Source of the DNA: Tubiluchus corallicola
Lineage: Eukaryota > Animalia > Priapulida
DNA length: 64,000 bases
Direction of reading: 5' to 3'
Assembly: GCA_030141605.1 (NCBI GenBank)
Contig: JAQGDQ010002372.1
Span: forward strand, 124,001-188,000
Shown here: piece by piece, positions 1 to 13,703 of the stretch
Layout of the letters: each line of letters begins with the position of its first letter
How positions within the stretch are numbered: position 1 is the stretch's first letter
Translations under genes and position numbers: made by a program
Notes under the pieces: generated by a model
Told to the model about the DNA's origin: nothing
Seen by the model: the letters and a program-made list of their open reading frames with translations, nothing else
Databases searched by the model: none

Positions 1-1228
1 AGAACAGTTGTCGTAAAAGTCACTGAAATGGAGTGTTATCACTCTTGAATAAACAGTAAAAGTAGATGATATAACCACAAAAATGTCGAATTGAATTTAT
101 GAAACTCTGTTACTTAAAAAGCGAACATACATAAATTGATCTATGGTGCACGCAGCCACGATGACACCCAGACCAAAGACGACAATGACAACAACAACGA
201 CAGTGGCTGATTATTGTCGGTTGCGCTTTATTTTAATTATTTTTTACATAGATGGCTCGGGGTTGCTATCATCACATAACTTAACGTTTTACTGCACTTT
301 CTGCAGAGAAGTTTTTATTATGCTTTCGAAGCTTAATGAAGACGCGCCGAGAAAATGCGTACTCTTAAAGTTTTAATCGAAAATTATCAGCAAAACTTAA
401 TTTGCTGTGTGTGCGGTGGCAGCAAGTCCAGAAACAGCAGCTCCGGGAATGTATTTATCCAGGTTTATTACGTATTCGGTTTGTGCATTTTATTTTTTCG
501 ACCAATATAATCACACAGAAATACCCATAAAGTGCCTGCGCTGTATAGATTGATGTCAACAAGAAAGCAATAAACAGGATCGTTTAATTCTTTCGAGTGA
601 CGTGCATCCAATTTTATAAAACCTTAACTGTAGCTGGCAGGAGACACAATTTTGAAATTTCACCGCTTGTACAACATTTATTGTGTATCCAATCCATTTA
701 GATTTTGCAAGGTTTCAATGTATAGCTGCTTTAACGCCAAAATAGTCGACGAAGTAGATGCAGTAAATTAATACCTATGTCTGAAAATTTTCATTTGATT
801 TCAGCCAGAAAATGTCCGTAAGCTGAAAGCTAACATGTGTTACGGTTTTTTAAAAGAGCGTATTAATTTCCTCCCGGAACACACCCTGTACGTAGCTTTT
901 AAGTATTTTGGAAGAACTGATGTTGGATTTAAAGCATATTTTAAAAAGCAAAAAGGTTTTCATATATATTTGAATTTTCCGGTGCACTGTACTGTCTTTG
1001 CAAGATTATTTTGATAATCGCAAACGTATAGGTGGAGATTGGAGCAGCATAATAGATAATCGTTTTTACATTTTTTGACATTTACAGTAAAATAAAAATA
1101 ATGAAATAAAATAAAATAAAATAAAATGTAACAGATTTAGCCCAATCTGGAAAAATAAATTAGAAAAAAAATTGGAAGCAGCTTAGGGAGGCCTTTAAGT
1201 CGCTGCTTGGCGGAAAACAATTTTGCGT

Positions 1229-2612
1229 GGTAAGCCAACACTTCGCCTGTTATCTTTTCACCAGTCTACTTTTTCGCCAGTTTACTTTTTTGCCAGTCTA
1301 CTTTTTCGCCAATCTATCTTTTCGTCAGTGTATCGTGACTAACACTGACCTAGAAGTCACCATTGCCAATTAGGTGTCGATATGGTTTCATTTGAACACT
1401 TTGTGAACGGAAGATATAAGTCCTACAGAGGCGTGCCATAGCCATATATCGTTCGATTCGCAATAAAACGTAGAACCTGATGCACTGTGTCAAAATCGCT
1501 AGTCGCCTTTCATTTAGCCAGAAAATGGCAATAAATAGGATGTCCGGTCGAAAATTTGACATTCAGTATCTGCTGTTATTTTCGTTTTGCGATTTTAGTT
1601 TCTGAGATACGCATCTTTTTTTGGAATAACTCAAAAACTACACAGAGCTACTCCACTAAATTTGGTGTGTTTGTAGCTAGCGCCTGCTGACCTGCTTGAG
1701 TTATGAGCCAAAAATCATCCAAATATGTCCATCTTTGATAAATCTTAATTCCTACAAGAAACGCCACCTACCAAGATCGCGCTGAGTGGTGATTGTTCGA
1801 TCAATAACTTGCTACCTAGCCGCCACCACCACCGGGCTGCTACGCTATGCACGTTTTTCTGGTACATGTCGGTACCATACTTATACTATCAGGTTAGCAA
1901 GTATCGACATGGTTTCCTTTAAACGCTGTCTGAACGAAAACCGTAAGTCCCACAGAGACGTACCATATATCATTTGATTCGCAATGAAACGTAGAATGAG
2001 ATGCGCTAAAAGTGCTAAAAGTTTTTACTCTGTTTTGTTTACCTAAAATAATTTTGTTTGCCGAAATTTGGCAAATTGCATAAACGAGATGTGACGAAGG
2101 TGTCGAAATGCCTAATTTGGGAATCCATATCTTATGCAAAAGTTTAGTTGAACTGTTTTATGATATAAAACCAAACTGTTTTGAAGTCAGATTTTACTTG
2201 TTTGTTCAATGTCACCGTTTTATGCATTACTATATCATGTAATTGAAGCCAAGTAGACGACATTTTTGGCTGTTGAGTTCGTCCAAGAATTCCGCTCTAA
2301 CCTGTCGAGTTGTGCGGATGTTCTCTTGTGGTCGGTCTAGTAGTTATAGTGTTTGCTTGCAGAAAAGAAATCTGTCAGCATGGTGCATGACATAGATGAT
2401 AGCTGCTTGTTAACGATGATACTTTCCTGTTACTAACTGTTACTGATGATACTTACCTATTGCTCATGGAATTTATCTGACACTGATGGTACTTACCTGT
2501 TACTGGCGCTACATACCGGCTGTCGATAATTTACCTGAATTTACATGTCGAAAAGGTAGAATGGCGAAAAAGTAGACTGACGAATTGTGGACTGGCGAAA
2601 CGACATACAATC
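1229..2612. mobile_element. Non-autonomous DNA transposon with arrays of subterminal repeats
   Basis: About 16-bp units (TCGCCAGTCTACTTTT) at 1243-1330 are mirrored by GGCGAAAAAGTAGACT units at 2548-2605. There is a possible decayed 8-bp TSD (TTTTGCGT / ATTTGTGT). An internal ~45-bp direct repeat lies at about 1442 and 1963. Confidence 0.5.
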
Positions 2613-4239
2613 ATTTGTGTTATGTCTTTATTATTATTATTATATTATTAGTATTTTTCATTGTTAAAAATGTTACAAACAATGTACACATAGCATGCAA
2701 AGTTTGTAGGTGCTGATGATTTAGGAAACGTTATATTTTATACGTGAATTATTAACCTGATTCGTGAAAGAAATACTAGGGTGAAAACTAATCTAATAAC
2801 AAACGACAATCTGCTGTGACACAGAGAAAGCAAAAAAGCTCAAAAACTTGTTGCAATGCGCACTTTTTATCACGTTCAAGAGTTAAACGCTAAGTACCAA
2901 TAAATAATAGACTTCTATTAAACATCAACGTAGTGTGCTAAACCTGTTTTTGAGAATTGATACATTTGATGATAAAATTGTTTACGAAGCCAAACTTTTC
3001 CACATGGATCAGATTACTTTTAAAGGCAACAGCAATTTCATGTTGCCATGTTAACAAACATTTTTTTAATTTGTATCGTTGAAGGTAAAAGGTCGCGAAA
3101 TTCTTGCCGAAAATTAAGAGTTTCAATAATTTGCTACACAACTAGAATGTGCTGCTCCACTGCGTTAACATCTGGTAAAGATTTAAGTGTGTTAATAGAA
3201 GCCATTGCTGAATAATCCTAACTTTATGTTTATTTATGGAACGAGTGACGTGTACTTGCACTTTCCGTCTATGTGTGTTTGCTGTATTTAACATCAGATT
3301 TCAACTTTGTGGTGAACAGTTTTACCATGTTTTAAAGAATGATCTTAGCCATGTTATTTTTTATGGATTCTCCGCATAATAGGGACTCACAAACTTCATA
3401 AACGTCTTAAGGTTTATTAATTTCATAAGCCACAAAGTTCAAAAACTCTTAATGAGGTGATGCTGATATAATGCATTGAGGCCGTGGAACTCACTTTTTT
3501 ACTGGAACAACCACGTTGGTACATTATTTTAAAATGTTGGTCATAAAATATCGTACTTTTGTTTTAAGATTTTTTTAAAAGTATTTTAAAATAAAATGAG
3601 TTTAATTCATTTAAACAATACGCATGTATGCGTATACAATTTAAGCGTGTACTAAGCTGACAGTGACGGGGCCAATGTTAGCGTAGAATGAATTTCTGAT
3701 AAACTCAGCATCGCAAACATACTATTTACCAAGTGTCTCCACTCGTCGAGAGTAGTACGTTGTAACAAAGATTTTCGAGATTAGTATAATTATTATAACA
3801 AATTTTAGCGCCAAGTCGGACTTTGAAATAGCTAAAATTTAATAGCTTTTAACACTCAATGCTAACTGTTTATCCAAAAACTTGAAAGCTGCTGACTCGA
3901 TAACTCACGTTCATTTCGTTATCCTTTCATCTACATATTGCTATTAAAATTAATTATGCTCTATTTACATTTTATTTTAATTCATTATTGTTATAACCCG
4001 GGTTGGACACTATACATATTTCGCAGCAGTATGAGCCTAATCCCACAGAGCTATTTACTGTACGTCTTCCAATCTTCTAATTATTAAAACCCTGATGAAA
4101 TTAAGCATTAATGCAAAATGCAGAGAGCAGCTAAGAAATCGTTTCCTGCGCAACCTCGAGGGTAATTTTGACAACTTACCAGCAAATCTATGCTAAAGTA
4201 AAAGGTTAAAGGTATAATTGATATTATTTAGTGCATCAC

Positions 4240-4460
4240 GATTGGTTTAGCAACTGGATTAGCAAAGTCGCTTGACAATTGGGTGAACATCAGAGTGGTT
4301 CGTCGCGACCCAAGTTAAGCAACGCCGAGGTTAGTCAGTGAATGGATGCGTAGTGACATTCCATACTTGTTAGGGAGATATTCATTTGTCATACTAATTC
4401 TGTTTATTTACATCATTGAGGGAGGACATGACACCTGCGATCTTTATGATAAGGACCTCA
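4240..4460 (+). mobile_element. Decayed SINE containing a 5S rRNA-derived segment
   Basis: AAGTTAAGCAACGCCGAGGTTAGTCAGTGAATGGATG..GTGAC (4312-4357) resembles the 5S internal control region (AAGTTAAGCAACGTCGGGC..GGTTAGTACTTGGATGGGTGAC). A GGTTCG lies just upstream. Boundaries are approximate. Confidence 0.45.
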
Positions 4461-6101
4461 ATGTACTGCTATATATTTTTAGCGTATGACCTCAATGCAG
4501 TGCTGATGATTTTTCGGATGATGATCGGTGAGATTGGCACCCGCAGCCTTTTGGTTGAGTTCACCTATTAAAGTAGCATGCTGTGCACGTTAGAATTTCA
4601 AACCTTACGGGATAAGTGGCTACTGAATTACGGTTAAGACCGGGGTTAGAGCAAGCGGTACTTCGTTAAAACTTGTTTTCATTTTGCTAAATTTTATGAC
4701 AAATTTATGGTTGTAGAAGCAATGTGCTGAAGGAGTTAAGGGAGGAAAATGTTTAGAGGAATTGGCTTTTAAACAAGAATGGTAACGCATTATTTATTTA
4801 TTTATTCATTTATTTATCAAATCATATTTATCAAAAAATACATACGGTATTATAACCCTTAGAAGCAGCCATGCTGGATGCAGCTGTTTTAAGAATGAAT
4901 CTCGCACTAAAAGTATTATACGAGGGAACACAAAGCGCACATCTTTCAGCAAATTTGAACATTCATGATCTGCTATTTTAGAGGAACTGGCGTCAAAAAT
5001 GCTCCAAAGAAAGTTGTGTACGCGCAACGTATTTTAACATAATTGTGGATGACCATAAATAATTATATATTACAAATATCTAACACTTTTGCACGGAGAT
5101 TTCGCTCCAGATTTGCCGAAAACAGAGTAGAAGTAGTAAGTAGTAAATTTATTGACTGGTGATAGTCCACTAAAAACAGTTACAAGTAATTTCAAAAATT
5201 GCAAGTTTGGTTGAGCTAATGCTACCCATCCACCAAAGATCAATGATGTGTGCACTCTCCACGTAGTGCCTTTTTTACTGTGAGAAGCTGCTAAGAATAA
5301 GATAAGGAATGTCCTTACTGAGATGAAGATATTTGCTGAAAATCGACTATATTTTGGAAGTGAGAAATTAACAGCCTCGAAATTTGAGCCAGTAGGCCAA
5401 AAAAACATAAAGATGGTTTGAATTTATCGCCATAGCAAATATTTTAAGGTATTTTATTCATTAAATATAATGGCTTCGTGAATGACGTTTTTAATTCAAG
5501 AACAGCTGCCGTAGAAACGATAATTCTGCAATTCTGAATTATTTCACGATTGTGCTACATGTATTAAATTAAATGTGACATTCAGAAATATAAACGTATC
5601 TAGGCAATTTCATTTTATTAGTGATTAAGCTTATCCGTGAGGTGCACGTTAATATTTGTTAATGTTTTGAAAATTAAGTAAGCATTTAAAGCGCTGCTGG
5701 GAAATGATTTACTGTTGAAATGTTATAGGTCTTCGCATACAATGAACGAATAAAATATTGGAAAGGACAAGCCTTATCACTCAGTGGACAATATTAGAAA
5801 TGTCACATGATCTCTGACTTGCTTCCTCGACTACATGAATGTGGTGCACCCGATAACGCGTATCGATTAAGTGAACTTAGAATTTTGTATTAAAATTTGC
5901 AGATGTATATTGAACTGAATTCGACTTGGCTCGGGAGTCAGAGGGTCGAATTCCAGATGGTATGGCGGTCTTTATGACAATGATCCGCATTATGATGAAC
6001 CAAAGGTTGGCTTAATTAGTAATGAATTGTTTACCATGTACCTTTTGTAACAAGTCATCTACCACACACAAAAGACACAAAATAAAACACTAGATTAACA
6101 C

Positions 6102-6381
6102 TGTGACAATTTTTATTGCCTGCACTAATAACAGAAAAAAAGAAGAAATACTCAAAAAACTAAGTAAGTTGAGTAACAGATCTCAGATACTAGGTGCACC
6201 TGTGTCAGAAATCAAGGCTGTGGTGACCTCTACACGCTTTTATACGTCAGCTGGCTTTTCACGCCTCGTGTTGTCCAAACAAGACGTCTGGATCTATAAG
6301 GAAGGGGTGAGTCGCTACTGAGGTGGAAGCAGGACGTGCAGAAAGCCCTATGCCTGAACCGACACAGGTGTCTGCGTAACA
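6102..6381 (-). mobile_element. Probable solo LTR
   Basis: The minus strand reads TGTTAC...TATAAAA...AATAAA...GTCACA, with short terminal inverted repeats; 280 bp. The TSD is not clean (ACAC / ATAT). Confidence 0.55.
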
Positions 6382-8268
6382 ATATTATTATAGAAATATA
6401 TAGACAGAAGTATAACTAATTCATAATGCGTAGGATCCGTCCACAATAAGCACTGCATAATATTTTGGAATGGGGTATGCGCTGAAATGTTCTGGGAATG
6501 TGATTCTTGAGGCTCAAATGTTTTGGAATTGCGTTTTTCATTTTAAAGAATAGCTTATCAGATTCAACAGTAGGAGTAGGTGTAAGCTAAGCCTTTGTTT
6601 ACTTCGAAAAAAACGATGTACCAGAATTATGTGTTATGTTCTGTTGGCCATTTTAATAAATCAGTTCGTAGTGTCATGTTTCAGCTAACGTTAGTGGTCT
6701 AAGATATATAACGACCAGTATCCAGCACAAAGGAAACGGTATTGCGATCGTAATTAACAGTATAATTTTTGCGATAACTAAGAACGTACTGCAAATGTGA
6801 ACACTATAACAGGCTGTAGTAGAATAATCTAAAGCATTGTTGAATTAACCTGTTTACTGATTTTGCATAGTTGGCTCAATGTTACAGGAAATTAAACTTC
6901 TTTCCTAAGTGTTATGTTTACAAATTAACTTGTCAATTGTTCATGTATAGAAGTCTAAAACTCTAAGCCTTATCTCTGGATTGTAATGGAGCCAATTGTT
7001 TTATCCAATTAAGTATTAACCAATTACTCTTTTATTAGCACCTTGCATATGCTTGTTTTCCCACTATTTGTGCACAGGTTTGGAGATACGTGAACCTATA
7101 ACGTAAACTGCTAGTTTGATGAAAAATTAAGAATCATCAAATGTGTGTCATTAAGAAATCATTAAGAATCATGTGCTAGATTAAAAATGTGGTTTGTTTA
7201 CAGTTAGTAATGATGTACTATTTATGACGTACTAACTTGAAATGCGATCGTTTGTTCCAATTTGTAACCGTTGTTCATTATGCTGCAAGCGCAATAATCA
7301 CCATTTGTCACAACGCTTTAATGCTCGTGTTTATCGTTTTATTTTACAGCTAGGAATGAAATGTAGATCTTACAACAACACTAAATTAAATTTACAATTT
7401 CATTCTAGCTACACTAAGGTAACAAAGGAGACTCTACCGTTGGTTTAAATAAGTATTTATTATAACAACATTTTGCACATATTGCAGTCCATGAAACCGC
7501 AGGCAAGCCTATTTACAGTTGTCCTGGCTGTTGATGAAGCATCAAAAACTTATAGTGAAATTACAGTAATAATATTTATTTCAGTCTGCAAGGTTTGTAT
7601 AAATCTTTGGTAAACTACGTAAATTGAAATATATTAAGGTATTAATCCTGCACTACATCAACTTCTTAAAAAACTCAGATTTTTCGAGTAATGATGCAGA
7701 ATGGCTGTACCTTAGACGAACCAGTAAAATAACAAAATAACCTTGAGTCCAATTGCTTTAGAAGTAAAAACTGTAAGCCGGTAGGCACTGGATTGTTATG
7801 CTTTTACTATGCTGTGCTGTTTATCTGCTTATTTTCTGTTTGTTGTGTTATGTTTTATGTTTTGACTTTTTATGCTACTGTGTGATCTGCTTAACATCTG
7901 TTTTTTTATTGAGGGCTGATACGTTTTCAAGTTTTTGCTATGCATTTGCTCAATAAGCTCCAGTGATAACTGAGGAGCAGTGACTGAAACTTACTTTATA
8001 AGTTCTTTCGAATGACTATACATATAATTTAGTTTATTGTTAGCTTCGTATTCTGTGTTTTCATTTTGTGTAGTAAAATAGTCGCCATTTTAAACTGCAA
8101 TTTTAGTTACAGTTTAAAAAGCCAACAATTTTGTTACTTTGCCGTATGCAACCTTCAGTGGAGCAACCCGTAATCAGTAATGAGAAAGTGTATTAATTTC
8201 GATGAATAAGTTCTCAAAAATGGTTACAGGTTACTTCAAATCACTTCAAATGGCACATTAGGAAATGT

Positions 8269-8412
8269 GACCAGACGGAACAGCCTAATGTATAATGCGT
8301 CTGTTTTCCATCTGTGAAGTTCCAAGTACGATACCGGGTCATACCAACGATTTTTAAAAGTGGTGTATTCTTTTGCGTTGCCTGTCGTGTGGTATATAGG
8401 GTAAAAGTGGGG
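8269..8412 (+). mobile_element. tRNA-headed SINE remnant
   Basis: A-box-like CAGCCTAATG and B-box-like GTACGATACC, followed by GGGTCATACCAACGATTTTTAAAAGTGGT, a core remembered from invertebrate SINEs. Confidence 0.5.
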
Positions 8413-11169
8413 TAGTAATAATCTTTGTTATGTAACTGCAGTTTATTTGCAGTAGGCAAAAAGCTTTTTAATTTACGTTAACTGTTTAACATGAAAGCCG
8501 ACTTTAAATAGAGGTTATTATTGTTATTATCATAAATAAAATTTACTGCAAGTAAGAGCAATACCAGAAAAATACAGGTCAGATAGTAACTGCTAATAAT
8601 GAGTACACATTGTCTGATGTCGCCGTTGTCGCCTATCCCATCATAACTCTATCCAGGGACCTCTATATTTGCTCCATTTAACGTATTTTGTTGTTGTTGT
8701 TTATGCCATTAATTTAGTCTTATCCACGTTGAGCATAGCTCATAAGTTAAATTCTTCTGCTGCGCTCATAGCGTTGTAATGCACTGTTTAATTGTAATTT
8801 TATAACTTTTATTTTTGTATTTCTGCTAAAAGGATGAATAATTAAATCTAAACCTAAATCTACATCCATCATCATTTAACTCACCTGTGATTCATGCTCG
8901 CATTTTCCACGTACCGTGCAACCTAAAAAAGTTACTAACAGCAGTGAAGTTTTAAACTGTAACCAAATGCCTTCGGTGCAGTGTCATTTTTGGTATAGAA
9001 TGACAGGCAAACGAAGTGATAAATTCACTCTGTAGACGAAACAGAGTTAGTGGATGCTTAAATTATTAGTAAAGTAAATATTTTCACTGGCGTACTGGAG
9101 CGTGTGAACCTAACCTCATTTGCTGCTTAATAGAATGCTGCAAGAATAACAATGACTGCCAGTTTTACACAATTGGTTTAATGTAAGAAGAAACCGTCAC
9201 TCTGGTAAAAAATTCCGCAATTTTCATGTACTAGTTGATGAGATGTGTGCGCAACTTCGCCGCCCGTCACAGCGCGTCACTTTTCGTCGCGCGAATGAGT
9301 TTATGTCATCTCCATCACAATCTTATATGTATAGCTTCAGCTTCGTGTAGAGGAAACCGCTGCATTGTAGGGATTCAGCGGCGAGTAATGTAAACACATC
9401 CCCAAGCCATTGAGGGATGCCTGAACATCGCTCATTTAATACCGCATGTGAAAATCCCATTAAAATTTCATCAGTCACTGAGTACTCAATGCAAATTTAA
9501 ACATACTCTGAGTGCAGCTTTGCGATCTGGGCGGATCCCTGAAAATTACAAGTGGACGTTCCTGTTTATTTTAAGTCGATGGCTTCTTAGCTGTATAAAC
9601 AAACCCAAGAAAATGATGGTGTTCAAGTTCCCGTGCGTCAGTTCTCGAAAATAGTTAATTAGCATTTCGAGTTGCTAAATTAGTTTAATATTGTAGACCT
9701 TGGTTGCTTACTTTAGTTAACACAATGGGATTTTTTATTTGGTGTCAGTGCTTAGTCACCCTAGAAAACAACCTTAGCAAAGGACTTAAATAGTGTAAAA
9801 GTTTCGAAAAAACGACTCACACGTAATGAGATTTTTATATATCTTTACCAAATGTATCTTTTTTCATATTGGAGCTAAAATAATTTGTGGTGCAAAGACA
9901 GTTGCCTTGGAAAATGTACCTAGTCACGACAACGATATACACTGGTGCTATACACCTGTAATGTTGAATTTTAATCTTTCTTTTCCACGTATGGCCGGAA
10001 ATCTTCGATTGCGAAACGAGTATGGACAATGAAAATGTTTATAGTGATTAGTAATTTTTATAGTGATTAATAAAAAATAATGGAAATTACCAAACAATTT
10101 CGAAAATTTCGAAGTGTAAGCCCTCGCAGCGACTCTTTCTTGTTAAAATTGATTTACTACCTGATCAGTCATTGTCATTCAGAACAGCAACCTAGTACAG
10201 GACAATTACATGTCTTATTACTTACTTCATGATATATTGCTCATCCTTAGAGTACAGTAAAGTAATCAGTTATTTACATGTATAACACTTACTCTTTACG
10301 TTCAAGCACACTTTCAGCGATGGGTTGTGGTTCGGCCTAGAAATTTAAATCAGCAACCTATATCTTGTCGTTGCTTGGTATCAACGTCAATTTTTGCTTT
10401 TCTTTGCAAGTTTACCTGATATATTATGGCCAGTAGATGAATGAAAGCCTGTTATTGAAAGCCTATTGCACACTTTCTCTCTTAGCCGTTATATAATTAT
10501 AGGATTAAATGTGGTGCTTCTTTTCAGCTTTCCTTTCATATTACAAACACGGTAGTTGCACGTGCCAGACAGCCTTCTAAACATTTCAATCAGCAAGAGG
10601 AAAATATCTGCAAATGTGTGACATTGATATTGACAAGTTGATTGGAACACCTGTATCTTTGTTCTACTGTAAAGATTTGAACAGTTGGCTTCATCCTTGC
10701 TGTGCATGTGTGAGTGCGTGCAAATGTAAATGCTTCTTTGTGACCTGCAATGTCGGGCCAGCAATTTAAATGATAGAGTGGCGATCTGTGCAATGTTCTG
10801 GGTTAATGTCCCATTTGGTTTGGCCCACAATTTTTCATCTATCTATACAAGCTGTCCGAATATAGAAGGAAAGCAATTCAATAGTGTATACGTGTGCAAA
10901 AGATTTATAAACTTTGGTTCAAAATCGACTGTTTTTCAAAACAATCTGCATGCAGACTCGAAAATTCATGGATGCATGGGCGGTACAAATGTGCAGAATA
11001 CTCCAGATCCACCTGGCACAATATTTTAGTCAATGTTAATTATATGCATTTATAAGCAGATTTCACACCCATGCCCAAACGTTTTCCTTGCAAATGAACC
11101 AACGGCGAGATTAATTGAAAACAGCAAAAATGACTTGCAATTTCAATTAGTGATTTACAAAAACTGTAT

Positions 11170-11225
11170 AAAATACTGAACTGAGCATAACTTATTCAAA
11201 ATACTGAACTGAACATAACTTATTC
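11170..11225. repeat. 28-bp tandem duplication
   Basis: AAAATACTGAACTGA(G/A)CATAACTTATTC x2 with 1 mismatch. Confidence 0.9.
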
Positions 11226-13397
11226 ATTGAAATGGTGGATCTTCACCAGAACATACCTGCTTTTAGACTGCGCAGTCAGTACGTGGCATTTGTTTGTAAG
11301 CGAGCAAAGCCGCATTCCGTGTCACGTGTAATTGATATGTATGCTTGGTGACAGCAGCTGTTTGTGCTTTCTGTTTTGTTTTGTATTCTCGTCACAGTTT
11401 GATCATGGAATTAGACGTAAACAGATTGGATTGTTTGCCAAAATGAACCACATGAAATGAATGAGTGTGACAGGTTTCACTTAAATTTGTTATAATTTAA
11501 AATTCCGATTCTGAGTATCAGGCTGCCAGTTCATATAAAATATGTGTAGAGAGGTCATATTTATATCCGAACGTGGTTAAGATACTTCAGTCTATGCGGT
11601 GTCTCATTTTTGAGCATTAGCTTTGCAGCTGATCCAGATTTCGGCACAACTACAACCGTTCACCTTAATTTGATCTTGCGATTAAGTGCTGGATTTAAGT
11701 TTGCTGTCAGTCGAAGTGTTTCAAAACATAGTATTTATGGGTAAAAAGTAAACACTTTTCTCGATGTGCCGTTCTTATGATACAAGCTACGCTACTAGAA
11801 GGAATTACATAGTTGTGATAGACGATGACTTACTATATCAGTGAACTGACAAGCAGAAATTATTAAGAGAAAACCAAACAATAGATATATATTCCATTTT
11901 TGGGTGACAATAAATAAGAACCACATTGTTCCCCCAGCAAAAGAAATACTAATGTTTTCACTTCCAATAAATAGGATTATAGACACCGCTGGATGCGTAT
12001 AATTGATTAAATGAGAATGGTGAAATACTGTCCAACCCGAAAATACAGAAAAAAAACCTCACAGAAACTTAGAGAAAAGCTTAAAATACCTAAAAAGGAC
12101 AGTCACCACAACCAGTTTTCGATAATTAACAAAACTGGAAAAGTAAATCGAAAGATACTTTATTGTGTTAACCTGATGGTAACTTTGTGTGGTGTTTTTC
12201 CCTCTTTTCTAATTCACTTGTAGTCTGTTTGTTGAAAGTATGATAATAAATAATAGTTGACATAAGAGGTTTATTTTTTATCGATTACTGCTGAAGAATC
12301 CATATTTTGTGGTTATTATTTACCGAGTGCACCCTTATCATCGGCGAAGAGTAAATCATAATCAATTGGATTTTCTTTCGATTTTTGGTTTTACTGACTG
12401 GCTTCTTTCGTCCCGCGAGTTCGTTAGGAAACCTCAAGAAGCGCGCCAGCTGCTATAAAGTGCAAGTCTTGGAAAATTTATAATCAAAGACTCGTCGAAA
12501 ATGGAATTTGATTAAATTAGGGTTAACTAACCATTTGAAAGCGGGATAGAACCGGAAACATGCCATCTTCTACACTGGAATTAAAGTTAGTAAATGCACT
12601 ATCACCAGTGGGATTCTTACATTTGAGGTATTATTAAGCAAGTATACTGTCTTCTTTCATCTTAGTGATTAAAACTAAAAGAGCATTCACATAGGATATT
12701 GGTCCTGTTACTGCTGAACTACAATAACAAAGTTTTGGCTTTCAGGGTGAGGATGATTAGTTGCATAACTCTACATCACGTCCGTCCGCACTACGTCCTT
12801 AATGCAAATCACAGAAAGACAAATGGAGTACAAGAAGAGAGAGAGAATTAATAAAAAAATAAATATCTTTTATTTTACATTATATTTACATAACGCAAAT
12901 TCCTCTAACTGTAGGGTAACCTAACAAAAATTAAATCACGACTGTGTAAAAACTATATAACCTATGTCAATATTAATCACATCCAAAATTGTGAGGTAAG
13001 GTTTGTTAATCACAAGTGGTGTTTGACACAGAAATGTGTATTAAGAAAAATTATCGATGAAATGGTATTTCATGTAATTAGCTAGGAATACAAGGTAGTA
13101 TGCACAACAAGGCATGGTAATTTTCTGAACGACAGCTTTGAATAGTTATGCAATTAATTTAAATGTCAAATTATAGCTGATTACTTACTAAACAAAGCGC
13201 GCAATTCTGACTATATTGCCAATACATTCCACATTACAGGTTATAAGGTTATGGTCAAGTTATCGTTAATAAACAAGTATGTTTTTGAGAACTCATTTAC
13301 AATTTCAAAAAATATATTGCAGGCATTTATACCTCTGTCTATGAGCATGTGATTAATATTGTTTCCGATGATGAAATGAAACCATATTTTGCATTTT

Positions 13398-13493
13398 CAC
13401 TAGATACACCAACATTGCAGATGAACTTACACTAGATACACCAACATTGCAGATGAACTTACACTAGATACACCAACATTGCAGATGAACTTA
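13398..13493. repeat. 32-bp minisatellite, three perfect copies
   Basis: CACTAGATACACCAACATTGCAGATGAACTTA x3, with no spacers. Confidence 0.95.
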
Positions 13494-13597
13494 GGTTACA
13501 CTACGTTTTAGTATGTGTGCAGGCTTGTGTTGAGTGGAGAGAAGAAGAGACCGAGAGAAAAACAGATGGGAGAAAAAAGATAGAGATTAAAAGAGAG

Positions 13598-13703
<106 letters not shown>

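Noticed and set aside
780-890. Tc1/mariner-like end (…GGAACACACCCTGTA)
   Set aside because: No matching opposite TIR was identified with confidence.
4312-4357. Functional 5S rRNA gene
   Set aside because: Only a diverged internal fragment is present; it is treated as SINE-derived.
8269-8340. tRNA gene
   Set aside because: No convincing cloverleaf, and it runs into a SINE-like core.
13398-13493. CRISPR-like 32-bp repeats
   Set aside because: The copies are head-to-tail with no spacers, there are no cas genes, and the context is eukaryotic.
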